Source: Octopus vulgaris
Taxonomy: Eukaryota
Length of the DNA: 62,000 nucleotides
Direction: 5' to 3'
Assembly: GCA_951406725.2 (NCBI GenBank)
Contig: OX597814.1
Location: 169,156,001-169,218,000 of the forward strand
Part shown: positions 1-11,322 of the stretch, in pieces
Layout of the letters: every line of letters begins with the position of its first letter
How positions within the stretch are numbered: position 1 is the stretch's first letter
Translations under genes and position numbers: made by a program
The notes under the pieces: model-generated
Database searches by the model: none
Told to the model about the DNA's origin: nothing
What the model saw: the letters and a program-made list of their open reading frames with translations, nothing else

Positions 1-279
1 AATACTGTTTGCTGCTTCTCTGGTGGTTGCACTTAATTAATAAACACACTAAACTGAAATAATCCTAGTTATTGCTATTACAGTCTGGCAAAGTTCTGGA
101 ACCATAGATATCATAGGAATGAATTTCTGTGCTCTACTCCCGGAACAGACAGGCCAACCAGTGCTTTAAAATCAGCACACTTGATTGACTGACAATGTAT
201 GCAGTATCTTACAGCTAGCCAATAGAGAACAGCCTGTATTTGTGATGCATAAACTGAAGGCACACTCACATACAATGTT

Positions 280-965
280 ATCATCATCATCATCGTTTAA
301 CATCTGCTTTCCATGCTAGCATGGGTTGGACAATTTGACTGAGGGCTGGCGAACCAGGTTGTTGCACCAGGCTCCAATCTTGATCTAGCAGAGTTTCTAC
401 AGCCGGATGCCCTTCCTAACGCCAACCACTCCGAGAGTGTAGTGGGTGCTTTTATGTGCCACCGGCACTGGGGCCAGTCAGGCAGTACTGGCAACAACCT
501 TGCTCGAATCGTTTTACACATGCCACCGGCACAGGTGCCAGTAAGGCGATGCTGGTAATGATCATGCTTAAATGGTGCCTCTTGTGTGCCACCGGCATGG
601 AAGCCAGTTAGCTGCTCTGACAATGATCATGCTCAGATGGTGCTCTTAGCACCCTACTAGCACAGGGCTTGAGTGCCAGTAAGGCAACGCTGGTAACGAT
701 CACACTCAAATGGTGCCTTTTATGTGCCACTGGCACGGAAGCTAGTTAGCCACTCTGGCAATGATCACGCTTGGATGTTGCTCTTAGCACCCTACTAGCA
801 CGGGGCTCAAGTGCCAGTAAGGTGACGCTGATAACGATCACACTCGAATGGTGCCTTTTATGTGTCACTGGCACGCAAGCCGGTTAGCCGCTCTGTCAAC
901 GATCACACTCGTATGGTGCTCTTTGCACCCTGCTAGCACGGACACTAGTCATCGAATTTGATATG
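280..965 (-). mobile_element. 5'-truncated RTE LINE 3' UTR copy (family A) with internal ~138-bp tandem expansion
   Basis: Starts with (CAT)n-cgtttaac..ccatgctagcatgggttgg, matching the 3' end of the RTE at 9050-12953; GTGCCACCGGCAC-like modules at 586, 724, 862. Confidence 0.85.
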
Positions 966-982
966 GATATGTATCAGTGACA

Positions 983-1276
983 GCATGTGGCTTAATGATT
1001 AGAATATTCGACATATGATTCTAAGGTCATGGGTTCAATTTCCGGCGGTGCATTGTGCCACATTTTATTTTCTGTTGCTCTTGTCCACTCAGCTGGCAAA
1101 AGTGATTTGTTCATGTATTTCAAAGGGCCAGCCTTGTTATACTGAATCTCCCTGAAGACTACACGAAGGGTACACATGTCTGTGTAGTGCTCCACCGCTT
1201 GCATGTTAATTCCACCAGCAGGCTGTTCTGTTGATTGGATCAACTGGAACCATCATCGTCATAACTGATGGAGTGT
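983..1276 (+). mobile_element. tRNA-derived SINE (family E)
   Basis: A-box/B-box-like head (tggcttaatgattag..ggttcaatttcc), central ttgctc..gtccactcagctg; homologous to 30602-30891. Confidence 0.7.
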
Positions 1277-1315
1277 AAGTAGAATGTGTATGCATGCAGA
1301 TATGCAGCTATATAT

Positions 1316-1353
<38 letters not shown>

Positions 1354-1389
1354 CTTTACGAGAGTGTATTAAGATTAAGTAAACATTTA

Positions 1390-1607
1390 TTCTTTTATTT
1401 GTTTCAGTCATTTGACTGTGTCCATGCTGGGGTACCGCCTTTAGTTGAGCAAATCAAGCCCAGGGCTTATTCTTTGAAACCTGGTACTTATTCTTATCAG
1501 TCTCTTTTGCTGTGAACATACCAGCATCGGTTGTCAAGTGATGTTGGGATTACAAACACAGATGCACAAACATACACCCACATATATATGTGTACATATC
1601 TATCTAC

Positions 1608-1672
<65 letters not shown>

Positions 1673-2076
1673 AATCTATCTATCTATCTGTCTGTCTGTC
1701 TATATCGCTTCTATTTTCTTTCCTCCACCTCACTCTCTATTTTGTATCCTATCTAAATTAACTTTTACTTAACCATCCTCTCACACCATCTCTGATGAAG
1801 AGATATAATTAATAAATATCCTGGAAACAGCTGTAAGACTTTATATCTATAAATGTTCTAATACCTACACAGCCTTGGTTTTTTATTATTACGCAAAAAA
1901 TTCTTATATATATATATATACGATGAGTTTACTTTCAGTTTCTGTCTGCCAAATCCACTCACAAGGCATTGGTTGGCCTGAGGCTATAGTAGAAGACACT
2001 TGCCCAAGGTGCCATGCAGTGAGACTGAGCCCGGAACCATGTGGTTGGTAAGCAAGCTACTTACCACACAGCCACT
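1390..2076 (-). mobile_element. tRNA-derived SINE family C (CORE-like, possibly OR2-type), interrupted in its central microsatellite by (TATC)n and a pLTR-like fragment
   Basis: 3' half 1390-1570 and 5' half 1920-2076 match intact copies at 25528, 28617, 36184; family name is from recall only. Confidence 0.8.
1788..1839 (+). ncRNA. Minimal type-I hammerhead ribozyme-like motif
   Basis: tct-CTGATGA-..GATA/TATC..-GAAAC-AGCT-GTA-aga: core boxes, palindromic helix III, GUA site; helix II imperfect. Confidence 0.55.
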
Positions 2077-2886
2077 CTTGCACCTATTTATGAATTGAAT
2101 TTAATAAACTTCATCAAAAATGCATTTATAATATCCACACAATAACTTGAGCAAACGCTTACTACTTCTTTGCTGATTTGATGCTAGTCCATTTCTGTTC
2201 CTGAATTTCGTTTGCTATCCAACTGAAATGTATAACTTTGTGTAATATCATACTTACTTGTATCTATGGATAGCTTTAAGCTGTCATTGGATAATTGTAA
2301 GCTATCTTTTAGCTTTTGTTCTAACAGACATGTGAATGATAAGTCTTTCCTGTATATGCACATGACCAAGTATATAAATCGTTCATAAATTTTCTAAAGA
2401 AGCAATTTAACATGTTTTGTTGTATTTTCTTAAGGATTGTTATTATTATTTTTTTTTTGTATGTGTTTCTAGCTGTCTTTCATTCATTTTCCAACACAAA
2501 ACTCACTTACAGCACAACATTTATTCTCTTCAGCATACATGATAACATGCTACTTAAACTGAGCCTCATAATTTTTGTCTTTTTATATTAGAGCTCATGC
2601 TTTAGCAGCTACTCATCTATTTTTTCTACCGGAAATATAATGAAGTTTTGCAACACTTTTGCTAACAAACCTATGTATACACAGGTGAAAAGTTTAGTTT
2701 AGATTGATATGAACAATATAACAGACATTGTCATTACATGCTCCTTTTGTTTTATAATAAAACCAAATACTCTGAAAGTGGTTATGTTTGTTTTCATCTA
2801 ACATCATCAGCATATAGACTGTGTAATAATATGACCAACTTGCTTTAGATACTTAATTATTTGCGGCAGGTGAGTGATGGTATATG

Positions 2887-3448
2887 TATTGGGTTGCTCG
2901 GAAAGTTCGTGCCGATTTATAGTAGCTTACTGTTCAACTTATTTTAGAACATGGTTGATTCCATAAAATAGGATTTGACTACACCTCCATTTAGAGCACA
3001 GTTTAAGCTATCTTTTCGTGGAAGAAGGTTTATGTTCCTATAACCTGTGTTAATTCTGTAACCTTTAAAATGGAAGATAAGAAAGTTCATTTTCGGCACT
3101 TCATGCTTTGGGAACCAGACAAAAATTGCTGCAGCTTGGCTAGGATGTGTTACCCCACCCTCACCAGATATTGTTCCTTCGGATTTTCACTTATTCAGGT
3201 CTCTGCAGAATAGTCTTAATGGTAAAACTTTCAATTCCTTGGATGACATAAAAAGATACCTTGATGAATTGTTTGACATGAAACCACCTCAATTCTGGGA
3301 AGAGGGTATTTTCAAGTTAAAGGAAAGATGGAGACGCATTGTGCAACAAAATGGTTCATATTTGGTTGATTAAAAATGTAATGGTAAGTATTTATTTACC
3401 TTTTCCTTTCCTTTAAAAATTGGCATGAACTTTTCGGACAACCCAATA
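2887..3448 (+). mobile_element. Internally deleted mariner transposon (non-autonomous)
   Basis: TA-flanked TIRs ttgggttg..gaaagttc..gcc; transposase N-terminus (MEDKKVHFRH) fused to degenerate C-terminus (..RWRRIVQQNGSYLVD*). Confidence 0.9.
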
Positions 3449-3618
3449 CTACTGTGTGCTGCAAATTTCAGGCCTGGAGTGAAGTTTAGATGATTTACAG
3501 GCAGTTTTTCATGCCCATGTACAAATAGCATGGGTATTATACTTATCATGCAAAAACATAACTTTATTATAATAATTTGAATGCTTAGTTATACATTAGT
3601 TAACTTGGACAATAGATA

Positions 3619-3820
3619 TACAGTACTTAATGTCATATAAGACACATTCCCTTTTTTTTGCCAAAGAAAATCTCCGAAAACACACCCTGGTTTCTATGTG
3701 TCTAGTTGGGTCTGTATGTCATGCATTAAGGCAATAAATCTTTTTTTCCCTGAATATGCACTGCTGAAATTGAGATGCATTTAATGTATCTGTGCATCTT
3801 TTATGCCATCAAGTACAGTA
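3619..3820. mobile_element. Tc1/mariner-superfamily (Tc2/pogo-like) MITE
   Basis: Imperfect TIRs tacagtacttaatgtcatataagacac / gcatcttttatgccatcaagtacagta. Confidence 0.5.
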
Positions 3821-4159
3821 ACTTCCTTCTGGTCATGCTGTCAGAATTATGGCTACACACTTGGAACCAGGTAAACAATAGGTAACATTTAATTCTTGTG
3901 TATATGCACATGTGTAATGTACAATACACACTTCTGGAAAAAGTGACTATTGTACATGGTTATCATGTTTGGTTTCAAGTTGGCTCATGAACTCAAAACT
4001 GCAGTGAGCATTTTCATCCATCTCCCCACAATACTTATCTCATTTTACTACCTTACAATACACAGACATTCCTTCAGTTCATTCATTTATCTTCTGTCTA
4101 CTTTGTCTACGAATAACTGCTAGCATTAATTTCTTTACGTAGAAAGGAAGGAATTTCAA

Positions 4160-4640
4160 CCATGTTTCATGGTCTGCTACCACAACAGCTCCTTTATAGG
4201 ATCTAGTTCACTCAAGACATCATCCAGAGGAACCACGTCCAGTTTCGCCCCCTACTCCTCTACCGTTTTGATGTGGTGGGCCCCCGCCCCTCTTTCGGGG
4301 GTGTCTTCAGCTCTGGTGTTGGGTGCATGTCTTCTTTCTTCTTCTTTCTTCTGTTCCCTGGCCTCTTTGATGTAGCATCAATGAGTGTCAGCGGGCGACT
4401 GACTGTCTTGTCAAATTTCCCTTTAAATACCTGCTGCTAGGCTCCAGCAGGCAGCCCCAGCAAGTTGTCATGTAACAGTGTCTCAACTTTAACTGACCAA
4501 TGAAGGTGCGTAGTCTTAGCCCAGGCATTCTCTAAATGAGACCGTCACCTGTCAATCAGCGAAGCTAATTCAGTGTCAGCTTGTCTCACCTAGTGATGTT
4601 ATTTTCTTGCTGGTATGTTATGACTTTCAAGCCATTTTTG
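4160..4640 (-). mobile_element. Penelope-like pseudo-LTR fragment with hammerhead-like motif (4224-4316)
   Basis: GC-richer island; minus strand has tatttaaaggg box, then ccagag-CTGAAGA..GGGGGC-GAAAC..GTTC-ctctgg. Confidence 0.5.
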
Positions 4641-4924
4641 GTCTTCCCGCTTCAGTCACTCAATCCCTACCCTTTTACTGTACCCTTTATCTCATGTGCT
4701 CTTTCTGTTGAATTATGCCCTAAGTCTGTCTGAATTATGTTTTCATGGATGACAAACCAATCATACACTTTTAGTTATCTACCATCCATTGTTCAATCAA
4801 TTACATTGTGTAACACTATTTTTGTCCTTGAGTAGCAACTGTTATTTCCTACTTGCTTACCTCTAGAAAGTATGAAAAATTGCTAATATTTCCTTCAAAC
4901 TTTGCTTCTATTACATTTATTCAA

Positions 4925-5090
4925 ACCCCAAAGAATCCCTCTCATTGCATGGCTATGATGTTCTCTCACTATCCCTGTTCATCAGCAGAGATACACATAT
5001 TATCAGCCATTAAGGGGCATGCTGAAGTGGTTAAGGTCAAGTAACTGACAAGCAAATCTGTGGTATTGAGCAGAATATTTGCTATAACAA
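4925..5090 (-). mobile_element. Fragment of repeat family F (retroelement 3' region)
   Basis: Homologous to 18969-19405 and 29390-30250 (ggttaaggtcaag..actgacaagcaaatctg). Confidence 0.7.
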
Positions 5091-5113
5091 TATTTCTGCT
5101 CCATTCTGCTATA

Positions 5114-5346
5114 AGGCGGCAAGCTGGCAGAAACATTAGCATGCCGGACGGAATGCTTAGCGGTATTTCGTCTGCCACTATGTTCTGAGTTCAAATTCTG
5201 CCAAGGTCGTCTTTGCCTTTCATCCCTTTCAGGGTCGATAAATTAAGTACTAGTTACACACTGGGGTCGATGTAATCGACTTAATCCCTTTATCTGTCCT
5301 TGTTTGTCCCCTCTATATTTAGCCCCTTGTGAGCAATAAAGAAATA
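5114..5346 (+). mobile_element. tRNA-derived SINE family B (possibly OK-type)
   Basis: aggcggcaagctggcagaa head, gagttcaaattc B-box, gcctttcatcc..gggtcgataaattaagtac central domain, aaagaaata tail. Confidence 0.9.
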
Positions 5347-5759
5347 AATATTTCTGCTTCAGCAACTGAATGCTAAATCTGTCTGAAATAATCATCACCA
5401 TTTAACATCTACCTTCCATGCTGGCATGGGTTGGTTGGTTTGATAGGGGCCGGCCAGGCAGAAGCTTGCACCAGACCTCTGTGTCTGTTTTAGCAACATT
5501 TTTATAGCTGGATGTATTTCCTGACACCAACCACCCAGCACTAAATGCAATGGAAAACAGATTAGTTTCAAAGCATTGATGTCCAGGTGACAAAAGCAAA
5601 GTTTGAAGGGAATAGTAGTCATTTCCTTTGATTTCTTGATAGAAGCAAATAGGAAATAACACTTACTGATGAAAGACAAAAAAAGGAAAACTTTTATTAC
5701 ACTGTATTATATGCTCCTACCCATCTACTGATGTGGTAAGTGGTCTATGATCTTGTTTA

Positions 5760-5810
5760 TACTATCTGATGAAGCAACATGATGTTGGGGAAACTCCAGA
5801 GTAGCTATCA
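5760..5810 (+). ncRNA. Degenerate minimal hammerhead-like motif
   Basis: CTGATGA-agcaaca-tga-tgttggg-GAAAC-tccaga-GTA; helices II and III plausible, helix I not paired. Confidence 0.35.
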
Positions 5811-6837
5811 ACTGGATAAGTCAAAGCAAAGTGTGTCTGTATGTGTGTGTATATATGTATATGCATAATCAAAGGAATGGAAAAACAGAAAAAAATTCTG
5901 CTGAAGAAAACTTAATAGTATTAACAATGACAACATTACATAGCAATGACTAAAAGGAATTTCAAAAGTCACTTTTACAACCACAGTTCATTCCTCTGAA
6001 ATGAAGAAACGAGGAACTATATATGGTAAATTAAAGACAATGAAATTAATAATTTTAATGCCTTTTGAACAATACTGAATTCACAGAAACCATGCACCAG
6101 TGATTCCAATGTGCTTCAGAGTTTTTCATTCTAAATTAACTTGTGACCTCAAATGATTACTTAAATAAGAGATCTGAATGTTCACCAAATGCAGACATAT
6201 TAAGAAATTCCTTCTGGCTATTTTTAATTGAACAATAGAATTCAATTAATTGCATAACACACTACTGTTGATTTCTGTACGTGTATTTATGGGCATGTGC
6301 CAACATAAACCTCTTATCCAACAGCCTCTTCTGCTGCCATCACACCACGTACATTACATGCTAAACAGGAATTGATTATATGCTGCCTCAGATAAAGAAT
6401 TCTTGAGTAAACACACCGTTCTAGAGAAAATCTTCATTCTGCTAAATATTGCATCAGCAGAATGCAATATTTAGCAGGAAATGTAAATTCATTCATTAAA
6501 AAAACCCCCGCTAACATCTCTCTCTTTCTCTCTCACAATCTATCTATCTACCTATCTATCTGTCGGCCTGTCTGTCTATTATTTATCATCTATCTGTCCG
6601 CCTAACGATCCCTATTGATCAATTTTTTTCCTCTCCCCCTTTTTTTTACCCCCCCCCCTTTTTTGTCCTCTTTCTCTCCCTTTATGATCCCTTTTGATCG
6701 ACCCGCCCTTTTTTATTTTTATTTTTATTTTTTATTTTTTTTACCTTCAAAAGAAAAGCTCTACCTTGTAATTTGTTCTATCTGTGTGCAGCCCTGTGTG
6801 GCTAATAAAGAAACATATCTACCTGTCTGCCTATCTT

Positions 6838-6873
6838 ATCCTATCCTATCTATCTATCTGTCTGTCTGTCTGT

Positions 6874-6967
<94 letters not shown>

Positions 6968-6995
6968 GCCTGTCTATCTACCTGCCTGTCTGTCT
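6838..6995. repeat. Compound tetranucleotide microsatellite (TCTA/TCTG/CCTG)n
   Basis: Direct reading; explains ORFs 6615-7094 and 6784-7140. Confidence 0.95.
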
Positions 6996-7127
6996 GTCAT
7001 TACCCTTCCCTTCTGCTTCCCCACCTCTTCCATTATTCTTCTCAATGCTGTTCCCTCTGTTATTCCCTCCACTACTATCTTCGTGCAACAATAAATCCCT
7101 TTCTTCCTTCATGTCTTTTATTATCAT

Positions 7128-7490
7128 TTACTTGTTTTAGTCATTAGACTCTGGCCACACTGTGGCACTGCCTTGAACAATTTTATTTGAATTAATCAAC
7201 CCAGTACTTATTTATTATTATTTCAAAGTCTGGTACTTATTCTACTGGTCTCCTTAGCTGAACTACTAAGTTATAGGGATGTAAACACACCAACACTGGT
7301 TGTCAAGCAGTGGTAGGACATGGGGACGCACACACACATACACACACACGGGCTGCTTTCAGTTTCCTTCTTCCGTATCCACTCACAAGGTTTTGGTCAG
7401 CCTAAGTCACTTGCCCAAGGTGACATGCTATGGAACTGAACCCAGAACCTTGTGGTTGGGAAGCAAGCTTCTTACCATACAACCCTGCCT
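7128..7490 (-). mobile_element. SINE family C
   Basis: Reverse match to family C (cacttgcccaaggtg, ccactcacaaggttttggtc). Confidence 0.85.
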
Positions 7491-8104
7491 GTACTTATGT
7501 GTATAAATGGTTAAATTATGCTTTAAAACCACGATTTGGGGTTCAAATTCTCTATGTGGCAATTTGAGAAATTATTTCCAAGTTCAGGGTGAACCAAAAT
7601 CTTGTGAGTGGATTGGTAGTTGGAAACTAAAAAAGGGCCCATCTTATTTTGCAAGTGCACATGTGCTATGATTGTGTCCCTTGTCTTGACCATGTGTGAT
7701 CGTTTTAAAACTAACATCACCATCATAAAACGGTGTCCTTTGTTTCCAGTCTTCCATGAAAACATACCTAACCAAAGGGGCTTACTTTGGAAATAGGTAG
7801 GGGTTGGTAATAGGAGGGAGAAACAGCTGTAGAAAATCTGGTTCAACAAATTCCGTCTGACCCATACAAATATGGAATACATATTTATATACACACGCAT
7901 ATAGACTTTATATTTATACATTTTATATTTCTATGTGCACATATACACATACATATTTATTTATATAAATTTTATACACACACACATGCATGTCTGTATA
8001 TATGTATGTACACACATATATATCATATCTGAGATTTAAAAGAACTGAATAACATTTAATTCTCATGCATATGCATCCTTAAATTTTGCTTATAAACCTG
8101 GAAA

Positions 8105-8188
8105 AAAAAGTTTGTTTCCATGATTTTGTTTTTGTTTTCGTTTCTCATAGTGTTCAAAATTTTTTGGGTGTCCTGTACCCATATATGC

Positions 8189-8223
<35 letters not shown>

Positions 8224-9050
8224 TGTAGGTATGAACATATATGTATATATGCATATATTTATATATTATTTATGTTATTTTATGATCGAACACCACGCAT
8301 CCATTTCCAAGTAAGTTTTATCTTAATAATTATGATGCACACTCTTAACTTTTACTAATTCTCCTCTGTCTGTCTCTCTCCCTCTCTTGTTCTTCATCCT
8401 TTCTGGTTTTCTCTCCCACCCTTCCCTATTCTTCTCCTCTCCCTTTCACCGTTCCCTCTCTCTCACTCCTCCTCCTCCCTCTCATCACTGACACGTGACC
8501 AGACGGAAGCCATCTTTCCGACTGCTATCTTCAACAAGTCAAGACGGCTTATCCCGTCCTTCTCATAAGCTGTCTCCTCTATGCATTCAAAATAATTTTT
8601 CCATCGTCTTGGCTTAACAGCTCTCATCATTTGTTTTTACTGTGTTATTCCCCGTGTCCTGTCTTCTACTGTTTTTATTTTTATTGTTTTACTGTCTTGT
8701 TTTGCTTTTACTGTCCTGTTCTTGTTACCACTTTTACCCCTCCACAAAAAATCCCAAATTTTATTTAATTTGCTTTGCAGGAAGGCCTCTTTCAACGAAG
8801 TCGCGTCTTGTCCTTACCTTCAAAACGCGGAGTAGACGAAACAGGGACAACTGAAGAAGGGGACTATTCCTTATGTTGTATGTCTTGTACTCTGTTCTTT
8901 CGTTGTTTGAAAAATAGTTCGTTTCTGTGTTTTTGTTTTTATGTTTTCGTTTCTCATTGTGTTCAACGTTTTTTTTTGTGTCCTGTACCCATATATGCAT
9001 GTATATATACATATAGATGTAGGTATGTACATATAAGTATGTATATATGC
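8105..9050. repeat. ~800-bp unit with ~140-bp direct terminal repeats (8110-8250 / 8915-9050); pLTR-like, unassigned
   Basis: Near-identical blocks ttttcgtttctcat.gtgttcaa..gtgtcctgtacccatatatgcatg..agatgtaggtatg at both ends. Confidence 0.6.
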
Positions 9051-9344
9051 ATCATCATCATCATCATCATCATCATTTAACGTCCGCTTTCCATGCTAGC
9101 ATGGGTTGGACGGTTCAACTGGGGTCTGGGGAGCCCGAAGGCTGCACCAGGCCAGTCAGATCTGGCAGTGTTTCTACAGCTGGATGCCCTTCCTAACGCC
9201 AACCACTCCGAGAGTGTAGTGGGTGATTTTATGTGCCACCGACACAGGTGCCAGACGAGGCTGGCGAACGGCCACGCTCGGATGGTGTTTTTATGTGCCA
9301 CCGACACAGGTGCCAGACGAGGCTGGCGAACGGCCACGCTCGGA

Positions 9345-11322
9345 TGGTGTTTTTATGTGCCACCGACACAGGTGCCAGACGAGGCTGGCGAACGGCCACG
9401 ATCGGATGGTGTTTCTTACGTGCCCACAGCACGGAGGCCAGTCGATGCGGTACTGGCTACGGCCACGTTCGGATGGCTTTCTTGTGTGCCACCGGCACTG
9501 GTACCACAAAGATACAAATTCCATTGATGTTCATCTATTTTGATTTGATTTGATTTGATTTTCACTTGCCTCAACAGGTCTTCACAAGTGTCACAAGAAG
9601 GAAGGAAGGTATGCACAGGTGAACTGACAACGTCCCAGGTAGGGGACCACGGGTTATGGCCTGACTAGTCTTGCCGGGTCTTCGGATGATGTTTTTATGT
9701 GCCTCCGACACAGGTGCCAGATGGATGGTGTTTGTTACGTGCCCACAGCACGGAGGCCAGTCGATGCGGTACTGTCTACGGCCACGTTCGGATGGTTTTC
9801 TTGTGTGCCACCGGCACTGGTACCACAAAGATACAAATTCCATTGATGTTCATCTATTTTGATTTGATTTGATTTCATTTGATTTGATCACTTGTCTCAA
9901 CAGGTCTTCACAAGTGTCACAAGAAGGAAGGTATGCACAGGCGGACTGACTACGTCCCAGGTAGGGGCCACGGGTTATGGCCTGACTAGTCTTGCTGGGT
10001 CTTCAGATCATGTTTTTATGTGCCTCCGACACAGGTGCCAGATGGATGGTGTTTGTTACGTGCCCACAGCACGGAGGCCAGTCGATGCGGTACTGTCTAC
10101 GGCCACGTTCGGATGGTTTTCTTGTGTTCCACCGGCCCTGGTACCACAAAGATACAAATTCCATTGATGTTCATCTATTTTGATTTGTTTTGATTTGATC
10201 ACTTGCCTCAACAGGTCTTCACAAGTGTCACAAGAAGGAAGGTATGCACAGGCGGACTGACTACGTCCCAGGTAGGGGCCACGGGTTATGGCCTGACTAG
10301 TCTTGCCGGGTCTTCAGATGGTGTTTTTACGTGCCACCGACACAGGTGCCAGATGAGGCTGGCGAACGGCCACGATCGGATGGTGTTTGTTATGAGCCCA
10401 CAGCACAGAGGCCAGTCGATGCGGTACTGTCTACGGCCACGTTCGGATGGTTTTCTTGTGTGCCACCGGCACTGGTACCACAAAGATACAAATTCCATTG
10501 ATGTTCATCTATTTTGATTTGATTTGATTTGATTTGATCACTTGCCTCAACAGGTCTTCACAAGTGTCACAAGAAGGAAGGTATGCAGGCGGACTGACTA
10601 CGTCCCAGGTAGGGGCCACGGGTTATGGCCTGACTAGTCTTGCCGGGTCTTCAGATGGTGTTTTTACGTGCCACCGACACAGGTGCCAGATGAGGCTGGC
10701 GAACGGCCACGATCGGATGGTGTTTGTTATGAGCCCACAGCACAGAGGCCAGTCGATGCGGTACTGTCTACGGCCACGTTCGGATGGTTTTCTTGTGTGC
10801 CACCGGCACTGGTACCACAAAGATACAAATTCCATTGATGTTCATCTATTTTGATTTGATTTGATTTGATTTGATCACTTGTCTCAACAGGTCTTCACAA
10901 GTGTCACAAGAAGGGAGGTATGCACAGGTGGACTGACTACGTCCCAGGTAGGGGCCACGGGTTATGGCCTGACTAGTCTTGCCGGGTCTTCGGATGGTGT
11001 CTTTATGTGCCACCGACACAGGTGCCAGATGAGGCTGGCGAACGGCCACGATCGGATGGTGTTTGCTATGTGCCCACAGCACGGAGGCCAGTCAATGCGG
11101 CACTGGCTACGGCCACGTTCGGATGGTTTTCTTGTGTGCCACCGGCACTGGTAACAAAGATACAAATTCCATTGATGATCATCTATTTTATTTTGATTTT
11201 CACTTTCACTTGCCTCAACAGGTCTTCACAAGTGTCACAAGAAGGAAGGTATGCACAGGTGGACTGACTACGTCCCAGGTAGGGGCCACGGGTTATGGCC
11301 TGACTACTCTTGCCGGGTCTTC
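9345..11322 (-). repeat. Six tandem 311-339-bp units (last RT codons + proximal 3' UTR)
   Basis: cttgc(c/t)gggtcttc ends at 9683, 10004, 10315, 10652, 10991, 11322. Confidence 0.95.

Noticed and set aside
2811-3870. Strong donors at 2870 (CAG|GTGAGT) and 3871 (CAG|GTAAAC)
   Set aside because: Upstream segments are closed in all frames or too short to evaluate
8850-8885. Hammerhead at CTGAAGA-AGGGGA-cta-TTCCTT
   Set aside because: Second core box GAAA and NUH site absent
9345-11322. Possible CRISPR-like repeat-spacer array
   Set aside because: Whole units are duplicated with no unique spacers, no cas genes, eukaryotic context
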